Source: Nitrosopumilaceae archaeon | Lineage (GTDB): Archaea > Thermoproteota > Nitrososphaeria > Nitrososphaerales > Nitrosopumilaceae | NCBI GenBank assembly: GCA_052389415.1 | Contig: JBQTHX010000018.1 | Location: 9,558-73,557, forward strand | Reading direction: 5' to 3' | DNA length: 64,000 nt | In this document: positions 39,671 to 51,150 of the stretch, in pieces | How positions within the stretch are numbered: the stretch's first letter is position 1 | Layout of the letters: each line of letters starts with the position of its first letter | Position numbers and translations under genes: made by a program | The notes under the pieces: model-generated | What the model was told of the DNA's origin: nothing | The model's input: the letters and a program-made list of their open reading frames with translations, nothing else | Database searches by the model: none

Positions 39671-40912
39671 ATGAGCAAAATAAAAGATCCACGTCTTGCT
39701 GAAAAAGGCAAACTATCTTACGAGTGGGCAAAAGATCACATGAAAATTCTCACAAATACTATTAACCGTTTGAAAAAATCAAAACCGCTAAGAGATATTC
39801 GAATAGGAATATGTTTGCACATTACTAAGGAGACATCAGTTCTGATAATGGGCGCAAAAGCATTAGGTGCCAAAGTAAGTGTGTGCGCAGCAAATCCACT
39901 TTCTACACAAAATGATATTTCTGCATTTCTTGCCTCTAATGATATAGACATTTATGCATGGGCAGGACAGACGTCAAAAGAATATGACTGGTGCATCGAA
40001 AAAATGCTTAGTCACAAACCACAAATTGTGACTGATGATGGTTCTGACTGTCACAGCAAAGTTCACAATGACAAAAAATTTTCATCCTTGAAAATTTTGG
40101 GCGGAACAGAAGAGACGACAACAGGAGTGATCAGGTTAAAAGTATTGGCAAAACAGAAAAAGCTTCGATATCCTGTAATTGCAGTAAATGATGCATACAC
40201 AAAACATATGTTTGATAATAGATATGGAACTGGCCAGAGCACGATAGATGGTTTTCTTAGATCTATGAATCTTCTAGTTGCCAGCAAACGTGTTGTAGTT
40301 GCTGGGTATGGATGGGTAGGAAGAGGTGTAGCAACAAGAATGAAAGGAATGGGTGCCAAAGTCTATGTCACTGAAGTAGATCCAGTTCGCGCCTTAGAAG
40401 CACACATGGATGGCTATGAAGTTTTGCCAATGGAAGATGCAGCAAAAATCGGAGATTTTTTCATTACGGCTACAGGTCAGACTGGGGTGATAAGAAAAGA
40501 ACACATTATGAAGATGAAGGATGGGGCAATTTTGGGTAATGTAGGTCACTTTGATGTTGAAGTCGATGCCAAGTTCTTACTTAATGAATCAAAAACAATA
40601 AGAGAAGTAAGACCGAGTCTAGATGAATGCTTACTTAAAAATGGAAAACGTATTTATCTAATTGGAAAGGGGAGGATTGCAAATCTTGTTGCTGCAGAAG
40701 GACATCCACCTGAAGTAATGGCACAATCGTTTTCAAATCAACTACTTTCTATGATATATATCGCAAAGAATTACAAAAAGATAGGAAAAAAAGTGATAAC
40801 TGTGCCATCCGAGATTGACAGACAAATTGCAGTTGATGCGCTCAAGGCGATGGAGGTCAAAATTGATAAACCTACATCATCTCAGATAAAATACGCGCAT
40901 AGCTGGGGATAG
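39671..40912 (+). CDS. ahcY: Adenosylhomocysteinase
   Basis: NPLSTQ, EETTTG, KHMFDNRYGTGQS, GHPPEVM; start at ATG 39671. Confidence 0.96.
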   Translation: MSKIKDPRLAEKGKLSYEWAKDHMKILTNTINRLKKSKPLRDIRIGICLHITKETSVLIMGAKALGAKVSVCAANPLSTQNDISAFLASNDIDIYAWAGQTSKEYDWCIEKMLSHKPQIVTDDGSDCHSKVHNDKKFSSLKILGGTEETTTGVIRLKVLAKQKKLRYPVIAVNDAYTKHMFDNRYGTGQSTIDGFLRSMNLLVASKRVVVAGYGWVGRGVATRMKGMGAKVYVTEVDPVRALEAHMDGYEVLPMEDAAKIGDFFITATGQTGVIRKEHIMKMKDGAILGNVGHFDVEVDAKFLLNESKTIREVRPSLDECLLKNGKRIYLIGKGRIANLVAAEGHPPEVMAQSFSNQLLSMIYIAKNYKKIGKKVITVPSEIDRQIAVDALKAMEVKIDKPTSSQIKYAHSWG

Positions 40913-40942
40913 CTTAAATTCGTCCCGCGGTTTACTCAACTA

Positions 40943-42592
40943 ATGAATGACAAGGCAATCATTACAAGCGCATTACCTTATGCCAATGGTGAAATTCATC
41001 TTGGTCATGTTGCATCGACATACCTTCCTGCTGATATAACGACAAGATATCTAAAACTCAAGGGAGTTGAAGCGTATTATATATGTGCATCAGACGATTT
41101 TGGAACTCCGATTCTATTGCAAGCAGAAAGAGAGAAAAAAAGTCCAGAAGAGTATGTAAAATTTTGGAATAAGCGAGATTATGATGACTTCACTGCTTTT
41201 GGAATAAAATTTGATTTTTTTTATAGAACCAGTTCACCCGAAAACAAAGAATTTGTTCAAGAAGTATTCAGAAAACTTCACAAAAATAATCATATTTACG
41301 AAAAAGAAATTGTCCAGTTTTATTGTAAATTTGATAACAAATTTCTTCCAGACAGGTATGTAATAGGAACATGTCCTTATTGTAAAGCCGAAGATCAGTA
41401 CTCTGATTTGTGCGAAAAATGTGGCAGAGTGCCTGAAGAAATTGATAATCCTAGATGTTCAATGTGCAAAAATCCACCTATAAAAAAAAGCACAAAGCAC
41501 TATTTTTTCAAATTAAGAAACTTTGTTACAAGCCTAAATGAGTGGCTTGAACAAAACTCACACCTGCAAAAAGACGTCAAAAAATATGTTCAAAATTGGA
41601 TTGAAGACGGTCTTGTAGATTGGGACATTACAAGAGACATTACATGGGGGGTACCAATACCACTTGAAGCAGCAAATAACCAAGTATTTTATGGTTGGTT
41701 TGACAACCATTTGGCATACATTTCTTCTGCAATCAAATTCTTAAATGATAAGGGAATGGATGGTAAAGCATTTTGGAATTTGGCAGACATTTATCATTTT
41801 ATTGGAAAAGACATTGTATACCATCATTATCTGTTTCTACCTGCTATGAGAATTGGAATCGAAAAAGAGTACAAACTTCCTGATTATATTCCAACTCGTG
41901 GACACCTCATGTTACAATCAAAAAAGATTTCAAAGAGCAGAAATTGGTATATTGGTCTAAAAGATTTTCTTAACCTCTATCCTGCTGATTATCTGAGATT
42001 TTATCTTGCTTTAATTACGCCATACAGTCAAGATGATCTTAATTTCGATTGGGATGAGTTTGCAATGAGAATAAATTCAGAGCTTATTGGAAATTTGGGA
42101 AACTTTGTAAATCGTGCATTGGGGTTTACTCAGAAAAGCTTTGAGGGAATTGTTCCATCCACAGACGATTTTGATTCAGTTGACAAAGAATTAGAAGCAA
42201 AGATCAAAACATTGTCAAATTCAGTAGGAGAATTATTAGATCAAAACCATATAGACAGATCTCTAAAAAAAATCCTTGAATTTTCAGCAAGTTTTAACCA
42301 ATATTTCCAACACAAAGAACCATGGAAAAAAGGAAAAGGTACTGAAAATTGTGCCTATCTTTCTGTAAATGCCGTACGCAGCTTGGCAATAGTAATATGT
42401 CCATTTTTGCCAGAATCTGCTCAAAAAATATGGGATCAACTTAACTTGAAAGAAAAAATAGATGAACAAAAGTGGAGCTCAATCTCAGATTTCGGAATTG
42501 AACCAAACCATAAACTTGGTTTAGTGTCTCCACTGTTTAAAAAAGTAGAAGAAAGTGAGATCAAGTCACACAAAACAAAGCTTGGTGCCTAA
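40943..42592 (+). CDS. metG: Methionine--tRNA ligase
   Basis: ALPYANG..HLGH, zinc knuckles, KISKS. Confidence 0.96.
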   Translation: MNDKAIITSALPYANGEIHLGHVASTYLPADITTRYLKLKGVEAYYICASDDFGTPILLQAEREKKSPEEYVKFWNKRDYDDFTAFGIKFDFFYRTSSPENKEFVQEVFRKLHKNNHIYEKEIVQFYCKFDNKFLPDRYVIGTCPYCKAEDQYSDLCEKCGRVPEEIDNPRCSMCKNPPIKKSTKHYFFKLRNFVTSLNEWLEQNSHLQKDVKKYVQNWIEDGLVDWDITRDITWGVPIPLEAANNQVFYGWFDNHLAYISSAIKFLNDKGMDGKAFWNLADIYHFIGKDIVYHHYLFLPAMRIGIEKEYKLPDYIPTRGHLMLQSKKISKSRNWYIGLKDFLNLYPADYLRFYLALITPYSQDDLNFDWDEFAMRINSELIGNLGNFVNRALGFTQKSFEGIVPSTDDFDSVDKELEAKIKTLSNSVGELLDQNHIDRSLKKILEFSASFNQYFQHKEPWKKGKGTENCAYLSVNAVRSLAIVICPFLPESAQKIWDQLNLKEKIDEQKWSSISDFGIEPNHKLGLVSPLFKKVEESEIKSHKTKLGA

Positions 42593-42594
42593 AA

Positions 42595-42714
42595 TTGAAG
42601 AAACTGCATGCATGTCCTATCTGTCCATCATGTGGATCAAGAAAGTTTGAAAGACTAAAAGCAGAAGAAACAATAGTCAAGTGTATTAAATGCGGAAAAG
42701 TACTGAAAATCTAG
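42595..42714 (+). CDS. Small zinc-ribbon protein (39 aa; absent from ORF track)
   Basis: Hand translation MKKLHACPICPSCGSRKFERLKAEETIVKCIKCGKVLKI; TTG 2 bp after metG stop. Confidence 0.6.
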   Translation: MKKLHACPICPSCGSRKFERLKAEETIVKCIKCGKVLKI

Positions 42715-42754
42715 CTATCGAAAGATTATATTTGCATTAAATTGTCCCCCTCGT

Positions 42755-43753
42755 ATGGCTAAAACTTGGAAAGACGATCAGGTCAGCTTGGATCCTATCA
42801 AAAACCAAACGATTGCAATACTTGGTTATGGTATTCAAGGCAATGCGCAATCAAATAACCTAAGGGATTCTGGTTTGAAAGTCATTATAGGATTAAAGGA
42901 AGGCGGTGGAAGTTGGAAAAAGGCCCAATCAGACGGTCACAAAGTAATGAAGATTTCTGATGCTTGCAAAACTGCTGACATCATACATGTTTTGGTACCA
43001 GATATGCTTCAGGCAAAGATTTACCGAGAAGAAATTGAACCAAACCTTGGTGAAGGAAAAGCATTGTCGTTTTCCCATGGTGCCGCGATCCACTGGGAGT
43101 GGATAAAGGCTCCAAAAAATATAGATATCATAATGGTGGCACCAAAAGGTCCAGGATCCAAAGTTAGAGAAACATATCTTGAAGGATTTGGTACGCCATC
43201 TATTGTTGCCGTTTATCAAGATTATACAAAAAAAGCATGGGACAGGACACTGGGAATCGCGAAAGGCATTGGAAGCACAAGGGCAGGAATCATCCAAACA
43301 ACATTTCAAGAAGAAGTAGAAACTGACTGGTTTGGCGAGCAAGCAGATCTTTGTGGAGGATGTGCATCAATGATAATGAATGCATTTGATACACTAGTAG
43401 AAGCAGGTTACCAACCAGAAATCGCATACTTTGAGGTCTTACACGAATTGAAACTAATTGTTGACATGATACAAAGGTACGGAATTAATGGTATGTGGCG
43501 CAGAGTCAGCGAGACGGCACGATATGGGGGTCTCACCAGAGGACCTATGGTGATTGATAAAGAAGTCAAGGAAAAAATGAAAAAGGTTCTAAAAATGATT
43601 CAAGATGGAACATTTAATCAAGAATGGATAAGTGACTATCAGAAAAATGGAAAAAATGCATTTGACCGATACATGAGACAGATAGAAACACATCAAATAG
43701 AACAAGTTGGAAAAAAAATGCGACAGATGATGTGGCCTGATTCTAAAGAATAA
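42755..43753 (+). CDS. ilvC: Ketol-acid reductoisomerase
   Basis: GYGIQG, VAPKGPG, ETDWFGEQ, SETARYG. Confidence 0.96.
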   Translation: MAKTWKDDQVSLDPIKNQTIAILGYGIQGNAQSNNLRDSGLKVIIGLKEGGGSWKKAQSDGHKVMKISDACKTADIIHVLVPDMLQAKIYREEIEPNLGEGKALSFSHGAAIHWEWIKAPKNIDIIMVAPKGPGSKVRETYLEGFGTPSIVAVYQDYTKKAWDRTLGIAKGIGSTRAGIIQTTFQEEVETDWFGEQADLCGGCASMIMNAFDTLVEAGYQPEIAYFEVLHELKLIVDMIQRYGINGMWRRVSETARYGGLTRGPMVIDKEVKEKMKKVLKMIQDGTFNQEWISDYQKNGKNAFDRYMRQIETHQIEQVGKKMRQMMWPDSKE

Positions 43754-44176
43754 TTAAATTTTTCTAAGTTTTGAAACACCAGATGTGATGTGTTCAATTA
43801 TTGTAGTTAGCGGAGTTCCTGGACCAAAATTTCCCGAGACTCCGGCTTTCTCAAGTTCGGGTTTATCGTCCTCAGGAATGACTCCTCCTCCAACAACTAA
43901 CACATCTCTAATTCCCTTTTCTTTTAACGTCTTGACAACTCTTGGAAACAATGTAAGGTGAGCTCCATTTAAAAGACTTAGTGCTACTGCGTCTACATCT
44001 TCATCTTCAACTATCTTAGAAATTCTTTCTGGAGTAGCAAAAAGACCCGAATAGATTACCTCCATTCCTGCATCTCTGAATGCACGGCATAATACCAATG
44101 CTCCCCGGTCATGACCATCAAGGCCAAGTTTTGCAACGAGAATTTTTATTCTTCTGGTAGCACTCTTTTGTGACAT
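43754..44176 (-). CDS. Methylmalonyl-CoA mutase small (B12-binding) subunit
   Basis: GLDGHDRG, GGVIP. Confidence 0.93.
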   Translation of the reverse strand: MSQKSATRRIKILVAKLGLDGHDRGALVLCRAFRDAGMEVIYSGLFATPERISKIVEDEDVDAVALSLLNGAHLTLFPRVVKTLKEKGIRDVLVVGGGVIPEDDKPELEKAGVSGNFGPGTPLTTIIEHITSGVSKLRKI

Positions 44177-44279
44177 GTTATTAAAACTGGTTTTTGGGTT
44201 TTAAAATCTTTGTTGGAATAAAATGGTAATGTCAAAAACAAGAAGATTTTATTGTGGATAGAAGAGTTATTCTCTCTAT

Positions 44280-45194
44280 ATGAATATCATAAGTGAATTG
44301 AAACATGGTAAAAGGCATGCTATTGCAAGGGCAATATCAATCATAGAAAACAATGAAAAAGAGGCACGTCCGTTAATAAAAAAGATATTCAAAAATTCTG
44401 GAAAATCAATTGTTATAGGAATAACAGGACCCGCAGGTGCTGGCAAAAGCTCTCTGATAGATAAGACAGCCCTTGAATTAAAAAAACTTGGTTACAAGAC
44501 GGCCGTTCTTGCAATAGATCCTACAAGCCACATCACAGGTGGGGCTATACTAGGTGACAGGGTTAGAATGTCAGAATCAACTGATTCAGGGACTTATATC
44601 AGAAGCATGGCATCAAGAGGCGCAACAGGTGCCATCTCGCGTGCTGTACGAAACAGTATCAGAATATTAGAATATGCAGGATTTGATACGATTATTATTG
44701 AAAGTGTCGGAGCAGGTCAGACTGAAGTGGAAATTTCAAAAATTGCAGATATCACTGTAGTTGTTTTTAATCCAAATACAGGTGACAACATACAAACAAT
44801 AAAAGCAGGACTCACAGAAATTGGAGATATTTATCTTGTGAACAAAAGTGATCTTACCGGAGCAAGTCAGCTGTATGATGCAGTAAGAGACTTTATAGGA
44901 ATGACAGAAAAGAACCCTCCAATAATGATGACTTCCACAAAATCAAACAAAGGAATAGTAGAGTTTGCAAAAAAATTAAAGGAGCTTATATTTATAAAAA
45001 AGAAAATAAAAAACACTGAAGAAAAATCTAGGCTTGAAATAGAACTAAGAGACATTGTTTTAAATAATGTTAAAACCAAAGTTGACCGGATGCTTGCTAA
45101 TAGTCCTACCTATGATAAATATTTAAAAAAAGTGCAATCAAAAACACTTGATCCTTTCGAGGCCGCAGAAAAAATATCAAAGTCCATCAAGTGA
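44280..45194 (+). CDS. meaB: Methylmalonyl-CoA mutase chaperone GTPase MeaB
   Basis: [30 protein letters not shown]. Confidence 0.92.
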   Translation: MNIISELKHGKRHAIARAISIIENNEKEARPLIKKIFKNSGKSIVIGITGPAGAGKSSLIDKTALELKKLGYKTAVLAIDPTSHITGGAILGDRVRMSESTDSGTYIRSMASRGATGAISRAVRNSIRILEYAGFDTIIIESVGAGQTEVEISKIADITVVVFNPNTGDNIQTIKAGLTEIGDIYLVNKSDLTGASQLYDAVRDFIGMTEKNPPIMMTSTKSNKGIVEFAKKLKELIFIKKKIKNTEEKSRLEIELRDIVLNNVKTKVDRMLANSPTYDKYLKKVQSKTLDPFEAAEKISKSIK

Positions 45195-45198
45195 TAAT

Positions 45199-46770
45199 AT
45201 GAAAGCAGAAAAAACTGATTCACAAATTCCCGTTAAACGTGTATACAATTCTAAAATAAAACCAAGAAACAAGGATGAGGAACCAGGGAAGTATCCATTT
45301 ACTCGTGGGGTGCATCCTGGAATGTATCGTGATAGATTGTGGACTATGAGGCAATATACTGGATTTGCTACTGCAGACAAGACAAATGAGAGATTCAAGT
45401 TTTTGTTAGAAAGAGGTCAAACAGGTCTTAGCATGGCTTTTGATCTTCCAACACAAATCGGATATGATGCAGATGATCCACATGCTGAAGGCGAGGTAGG
45501 AAAAGTTGGAGTCTCTATCACTTCACTTAAAGACATGATGTCTTGCTTTAACGGAATTCCTCTTGATAAGGTAAGTACATCTATGACAATAAACTCTACA
45601 GCTTCGACCTTACTTTCATTATACATTGCAGTTGGAGAATCGCAAGGCGTACCAAGCAATGCGTTGAGAGGAACCACGCAAAATGATATTCTAAAAGAGT
45701 ACATTGCAAGAAATACCTACATCTATCCACCAAAACCATCAATGCGATTAATTGGTGATATGATAGAATATTGTTCAAAAAAAGTTCCACAATGGTATCC
45801 TATATCAATATCTGGATATCATATGCGCGAAGCTGGTTGTAATGCAATACAAGAAGTTGCCTTTACAATTGCAAATGCGATAGAATACATTGAAACCTGT
45901 ATTGACCGTGGTCTGAAAATAGATGAATTTGCACCTAGACTGTCATTCTTTTTCTGTTGCACAAACGAATTTCTTGAGGAGGTAGCCAAATTCAGAGTAG
46001 CTAGAAGGATATACGCTAAAATAATTAAAGAGAGATTTCATGCGCGCGATCCTAAATCTATGCATCTAAGATTCCATGTACAAACCAGCGGAGAATCTCT
46101 TACTGCACAGCAACCTGATAATAACATCGTAAGAGTCGCTATACAATCTATGGCAGCGGTGCTTGGAGGGGCACAGTCACTACATACGAATTCAAAGGAT
46201 GAAGCACTAGCGCTTCCTACAGAAGCTGCCGTAAAGATAGCGCTAAGAACACAACAGATTGTTGCACATGAGAGTGGGGTTACTAAAACTGTGGATCCAC
46301 TGGGAGGTTCTTACTATGTAGAATCCCTTTGTGATAGAATTGAAGACGAGGTTAACAAGTATCTCAAGAAAATAGACAGAATGGGTGGTTCACTAGTTGG
46401 AATAGAGCGTGGGTTCTTCCAATCTGAAATCCGGCAAAATGCGTATCGCCTGAAGAAAGAGATCGATAGCGGTGAAAGAATCATTGTGGGTGTTAACAAG
46501 TTTACGGATGTAAAAGAAACAAAACAGGAACTGATGAAAATAGACAATTCAATAGAGACGCAGCAAGCCAACAATCTCAAAGAATTAAGAAGCACTCGTG
46601 ACAACAAAAAAACTGAAAACCTCCTTTCAAAAATGAAAGGTGCATCAGAAAAAGATGAAAACCTGATGCCATACATTATTGATGCAGTAAAAGGATATGC
46701 CACACTTGGTGAAATAAGTAATAATTTCAGAGAAGTTTTTGGGATTTACCGTCCAAAGGAAATGTTCTAA
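45199..46770 (+). CDS. Methylmalonyl-CoA mutase large subunit
   Basis: [36 protein letters not shown]. Confidence 0.95.
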   Translation: MKAEKTDSQIPVKRVYNSKIKPRNKDEEPGKYPFTRGVHPGMYRDRLWTMRQYTGFATADKTNERFKFLLERGQTGLSMAFDLPTQIGYDADDPHAEGEVGKVGVSITSLKDMMSCFNGIPLDKVSTSMTINSTASTLLSLYIAVGESQGVPSNALRGTTQNDILKEYIARNTYIYPPKPSMRLIGDMIEYCSKKVPQWYPISISGYHMREAGCNAIQEVAFTIANAIEYIETCIDRGLKIDEFAPRLSFFFCCTNEFLEEVAKFRVARRIYAKIIKERFHARDPKSMHLRFHVQTSGESLTAQQPDNNIVRVAIQSMAAVLGGAQSLHTNSKDEALALPTEAAVKIALRTQQIVAHESGVTKTVDPLGGSYYVESLCDRIEDEVNKYLKKIDRMGGSLVGIERGFFQSEIRQNAYRLKKEIDSGERIIVGVNKFTDVKETKQELMKIDNSIETQQANNLKELRSTRDNKKTENLLSKMKGASEKDENLMPYIIDAVKGYATLGEISNNFREVFGIYRPKEMF

Positions 46771-46771
46771 A

Positions 46772-47170
46772 ATGAAAATAGATCATATTGCAATTGCTGT
46801 AAACAATGTGGAGGATGCTGCAAGACAATATCAACAAGCTCTTGGAGTAAAGGAAGTCATTTATGAAACAGTCGAATCAGAGGGTGTTAAACTTGCCATT
46901 CTTCGATTAGAAAATGGAAGAATTGAGCTAATGCAACCTACTCGTGATGACAGTCCTATTAAGAAATTTCTAGAAAAAAAGGGTGAAGGGCTTCATCACA
47001 TGGCACTTGCAACAGACGAAATTGAAAAAGAATATGAGCGCATGGAAGGGTGTGGAATCCAATTTCTTGGTAAAATAAGACCAGGTTCAGAAGGAACGAA
47101 AATAACTTTTATTCACCCAAAATCATTGCATGGAGTACTTGCAGAACTCTGTTCACATCCAAAATACTAG
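46772..47170 (+). CDS. mce: Methylmalonyl-CoA epimerase
   Basis: IDHIAIAV, GEGLHHMA, FIHPK..GVLAEL; adjacent to the mutase. Confidence 0.93.
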   Translation: MKIDHIAIAVNNVEDAARQYQQALGVKEVIYETVESEGVKLAILRLENGRIELMQPTRDDSPIKKFLEKKGEGLHHMALATDEIEKEYERMEGCGIQFLGKIRPGSEGTKITFIHPKSLHGVLAELCSHPKY

Positions 47171-47172
47171 AT

Positions 47173-47751
47173 CTATTCCATCATTTTTAGAGTGTCAGAG
47201 GTAGTAATTATTCCAATTATCTTACTATGTTTTGAAACCAGAATGCATTTTGAAAATCTGACAAGTGGAACTAAAGTCTTTGCGGGAGTATTGTATTCTA
47301 CGATAGGAGGACGCGGTTCCATAACTTCGGATAATCTTATTTTTTTTCGCTGGTTTTCATCACTATCTAACACATGTTTGACTAACCCATCTTCACTTAT
47401 CAAACCAACAACATCAGTTCCATCGAAAACAGGAATCTGACTAATTGAATGTTCTTGCATCTTTTTTATAGCGTCATGCAGCGAATCGTTTGTTCTTAGT
47501 TTTGTAATTTCTTTACTGCATATGTCTCCCGCTTTCATCGAGGATTGATTTTCCAGTGAACCAAGCACCTCGAAGATTTTCTTTGCTGTGGCATAGCTTG
47601 GTTGGCATCTTCCAGATTCTATTTGATTTATCATCGACGTGCTAACTCCTGTTAATGAGGCAAGTTTGTGCTGTGTTAAGCCAATCTTTAATCTGGCAGG
47701 TTTTATTGAATCTAATCGTGGTAACACTTCAAAATGATATACCCTTAACAA
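47173..47751 (-). CDS. HTH + CBS pair transcriptional regulator (start may be slightly downstream)
   Basis: GLTQ..LA..TGVS.S.I.QIESG; ISQIPV; GIIT.SD. Confidence 0.87.
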   Translation of the reverse strand: MLRVYHFEVLPRLDSIKPARLKIGLTQHKLASLTGVSTSMINQIESGRCQPSYATAKKIFEVLGSLENQSSMKAGDICSKEITKLRTNDSLHDAIKKMQEHSISQIPVFDGTDVVGLISEDGLVKHVLDSDENQRKKIRLSEVMEPRPPIVEYNTPAKTLVPLVRFSKCILVSKHSKIIGIITTSDTLKMME

Positions 47752-47802
47752 GATATTTCAGTTTTCTTCAATCCTTAATAGTGTGATTTTCATATTGAGA
47801 AT

Positions 47803-48426
47803 ATGTTAAAGGGCATCACAATCGCAGTTATTATTGGTGTTGCTGCTGTTGGACTATATTATCTTGCAGGTCCTCTTTTTTATGATAGAGTAATTGATGA
47901 ACCATTGCCCAAAGCCTTACAAGAAATTCAGGAAGATCTAACATATGAAAAATTTGTCAACATGGTGGATGAACAAAGAAATGAACTTGTAAAAAAGATG
48001 CCGCAGGATACTATAGATTTGATAATGGATGAAGCAAAAAAATTCACCACTAATGTTTCAGAAAATATGCAAGAGATGATATCAAAGATAGCACCTGATT
48101 CAAAAGAGACTCCAAAATTTTCTAAACTTGGATCTTTTCAAGGACTAAAAGGACATCAAGCAACAGGAAGGGCTGAAGTGATTACAGTAGGCGACGTATC
48201 ATTTCTCAGATTTGAAGATTTTGAAGTTACCAATGGTCCCGATCTTCACGTATACATGACAAAAAATGGTGATGTTGATACAGGAATCGATCTTGGAAAA
48301 CTAAAGGGAAACAAGGGATCACAAAATTATGAACTAAGCGGAATAAACACTGATGTTTATAATACTGTAGTGATTTACTGTCAACCTTTTCATGTTCATT
48401 TTGCCTCGGCTAAACTATTAGAATGA
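47803..48426 (+). CDS. DM13 domain membrane-anchored protein
   Basis: LRFEDF.V.NGPDLHVY, LKGNKGSQNY, IYC..F...F. Confidence 0.87.
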   Translation: MLKGITIAVIIGVAAVGLYYLAGPLFYDRVIDEPLPKALQEIQEDLTYEKFVNMVDEQRNELVKKMPQDTIDLIMDEAKKFTTNVSENMQEMISKIAPDSKETPKFSKLGSFQGLKGHQATGRAEVITVGDVSFLRFEDFEVTNGPDLHVYMTKNGDVDTGIDLGKLKGNKGSQNYELSGINTDVYNTVVIYCQPFHVHFASAKLLE

Positions 48427-48432
48427 TTGAAA

Positions 48433-51132
48433 CTATCTTCTTTTTGATTTCTTTTTTATCCTGATTTTTCTTTTTGGTACATCCGCAAGTGCAATTTGAG
48501 CTGCAGCAAGAATTGCTATTGGGATTCTGTGTGAAGACGCACTTACATAGTTCAAACCAGCTTTATGGAAGAATGATATGGATTTAGGATCTCCGCCATG
48601 CTCCCCACAAATTCCTATCTCCATGCCTGGTCTGGTCTTCCTCCCTTTTGCTATTGCAATTTCCATTAGACTTCCCACTCCTTTCACATCGACAGACTGG
48701 AATGGATTTTCTTGAAGAATCTCTTTTTCCAAATACTCAGGTAAGAATTTTCCTTCTGCGTCTTCTCTACTAAAGCTAAACACTGCTTGCGTTAGGTCAT
48801 TGGTACCAAAACTAAAAAACTCCGCTGTTTTAGCAAGATCGTCTCCAGTAAGACACGATCTTACCACCTCGAGCATTGTACCAAAATTAATTTTTAATTT
48901 TAGCCCCAACTTTGATTCAACAGATGATTTTATCGTATCATAAATTTGTTTAATTTGATTGAGTTCATCAATGCTTCCTACTTGAGGTACCATTATTTGT
49001 GCACGTGCATCAACTTTTTCTTTGGATAACTCACCTGCAGCTTCACAAATTGCTCTCACCTGCATTTCATAAATTTCTGGAAATGTTATTCCTACTCTAA
49101 CTCCACGGTGTCCCATCATGGGATTTATCTCAGCCAATTCTCTTGCACGTGAAAGGATTGTTTTTGTTTTTTCTAGTTCTTCTAGTGTGTTTTGATTTTC
49201 TAGTTTATGTACTTTAGTAATAAGTTCTTCAACATTGGGCAAGAATTCATGCAGTGGTGGGTCTAGTAGTCTGATTGTAACTTTATGCCCCTCCATAACC
49301 TTGAGTATTTCTTTGAAATCATTTTTCTGCAAAACCAGTAATTTTTCTAATACTTGTTTTCTTTCTTCCACACTGCGTGCCATTATCATATCAACAAAAA
49401 GCCCTAATCTGTCACGTGCATTGAACATTCTTTCAGTTCTACAAAGACCTATTCCTTTTGCACCATAACTTCTTGCTAGTTTTGCGGCTTCAGGAGTATC
49501 GGCATTTGCTCGTATGCCTAATTTTTTGAATTGTTCCGCCCATTGTATGATAGTTTTTAGATCATCTGTTATTTCTGGTTCAACGGTAGGAATCTCGCCC
49601 AAAAAGACAATGCCTTGGCTACCATCTATAGTAATGACTTCTCCTTCCTGTACCACTTTGTTATCAACTTGAAATCTTTTTGCAGAGTAATCTATTTTCA
49701 TATCTGCACAGCCAACAATACACGGTTTTCCCATGCCTCTTGCTACTACTGCCGCATGAGATGTTTTCCCCCCTCTGCTAGTTAAGATCCCCGAAGATGC
49801 AAAAAATGCGGGAACGTCTTCTGGTTTCGTTTCCTCTCTGACTAGCACTACTTTGACTCCATCTTCACCCATCTTTACTGCTTTTTTTACATCAAAGACA
49901 ACAATTCCAGTAGCAGCTCCAGGTGAAGCAGGTATGCCCTTTACAAATGGTGGGTGATTTTTTACTGCCTCTTGTTTTATGGTTTTGTGTAACAATTGTT
50001 CTAATTGATCAGGATTTAATCTTGTGATAGCTCTTTCCTTTGAAATCAACTTTTCTTTTACCATCTCGACTGAGGTTCTTATCATGCCTAAAGCATTCAT
50101 TTTTGCAGAACGGGTTTGCAACATGTAGAACCTCCCCTGTTCTACGGTAAACTCTAAATCTTGTGGTTCCTTGTAATGTTTTTCTAATTTTTCACAAGTC
50201 TTCATTAACTGAGCAAATGTTTGTGGTAGTTCTTTTTCCAAGTTGTCTATTGTCTGAGGAGTTCTGATTCCTGCAACTACGTCTTCGCCCTGTGCATTGA
50301 CTAGATACTCTCCAAAAACCTTTCTTGTACCGTCACCAGGATTTCTTGTAAACACGACTCCTGTAGCACTATCTGATCCCATGTTACCAAAAACCATGGC
50401 AACAACATTTACTGCAGTGCCACTTGCAATATCTTTAGTAATTTTGTACTTTTCCCTATACACCACCGCTCTTTCCCCCATCCAACTCTTGAAAACTGCT
50501 TCAATTGCTAACTCAAGTTGCCTGTAAGGATCAGAAGGGAAAGAGTGGCCTATGTGGTTTTCACATATCTTTTTGTATCGTGAGACAATTTCCTTTAATG
50601 TATCGGCATTGAGCTCACTATCGTTTTGTACGATGAATTGACGCTTGGTTTCTTCTAATATCTCATCAAATTGTTTGTCATTAATGCCAAAAACCACTTT
50701 GCCAAAAAGCTGAATAAATCTCCGATACGAATCCCAGGCAAATCGTTCATTATTACTTTTTTTTGCAAGACCTTTTACCGTTTCGTCATTTAATCCCAAA
50801 TTTAAGATCGTGTCCATCATTCCAGGCATAGATAAAGCGGCGCCAGATCGAACTGACACAAGAAGTGGATTTTCTATTGAACCGAATTTTTTACTAGTTC
50901 TCTTTTCTAATTTAGCGATGTTTTTTCTAACTAGCCCCATAAGATTAGGCGGTAATTTCTTGTTATTCTGATAGTACTTGTCACAAACTTCGGTAGTGAT
51001 GGTGAACCCTGGAGGGACCGGAAGTCCTATCCTTGTCATCTCGCATAGCCCTGCACCTTTTCCTCCGAGCAATTTCTTATTTTTACCGTCTCCTTCGTCA
51101 AAAAAATAAATCGGTTTCATATTATAGGGCAC
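48433..51132 (-). CDS. ppdK: Pyruvate, phosphate dikinase
   Basis: LLGGKGA, SMPGMMDT, GGKTSHAAV, GLCRTE, FGTNDL, CGEHGG. Confidence 0.96.
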   Translation of the reverse strand: MPYNMKPIYFFDEGDGKNKKLLGGKGAGLCEMTRIGLPVPPGFTITTEVCDKYYQNNKKLPPNLMGLVRKNIAKLEKRTSKKFGSIENPLLVSVRSGAALSMPGMMDTILNLGLNDETVKGLAKKSNNERFAWDSYRRFIQLFGKVVFGINDKQFDEILEETKRQFIVQNDSELNADTLKEIVSRYKKICENHIGHSFPSDPYRQLELAIEAVFKSWMGERAVVYREKYKITKDIASGTAVNVVAMVFGNMGSDSATGVVFTRNPGDGTRKVFGEYLVNAQGEDVVAGIRTPQTIDNLEKELPQTFAQLMKTCEKLEKHYKEPQDLEFTVEQGRFYMLQTRSAKMNALGMIRTSVEMVKEKLISKERAITRLNPDQLEQLLHKTIKQEAVKNHPPFVKGIPASPGAATGIVVFDVKKAVKMGEDGVKVVLVREETKPEDVPAFFASSGILTSRGGKTSHAAVVARGMGKPCIVGCADMKIDYSAKRFQVDNKVVQEGEVITIDGSQGIVFLGEIPTVEPEITDDLKTIIQWAEQFKKLGIRANADTPEAAKLARSYGAKGIGLCRTERMFNARDRLGLFVDMIMARSVEERKQVLEKLLVLQKNDFKEILKVMEGHKVTIRLLDPPLHEFLPNVEELITKVHKLENQNTLEELEKTKTILSRARELAEINPMMGHRGVRVGITFPEIYEMQVRAICEAAGELSKEKVDARAQIMVPQVGSIDELNQIKQIYDTIKSSVESKLGLKLKINFGTMLEVVRSCLTGDDLAKTAEFFSFGTNDLTQAVFSFSREDAEGKFLPEYLEKEILQENPFQSVDVKGVGSLMEIAIAKGRKTRPGMEIGICGEHGGDPKSISFFHKAGLNYVSASSHRIPIAILAAAQIALADVPKRKIRIKKKSKRR

Positions 51133-51150
51133 TTGTTATGATTTAGGTTA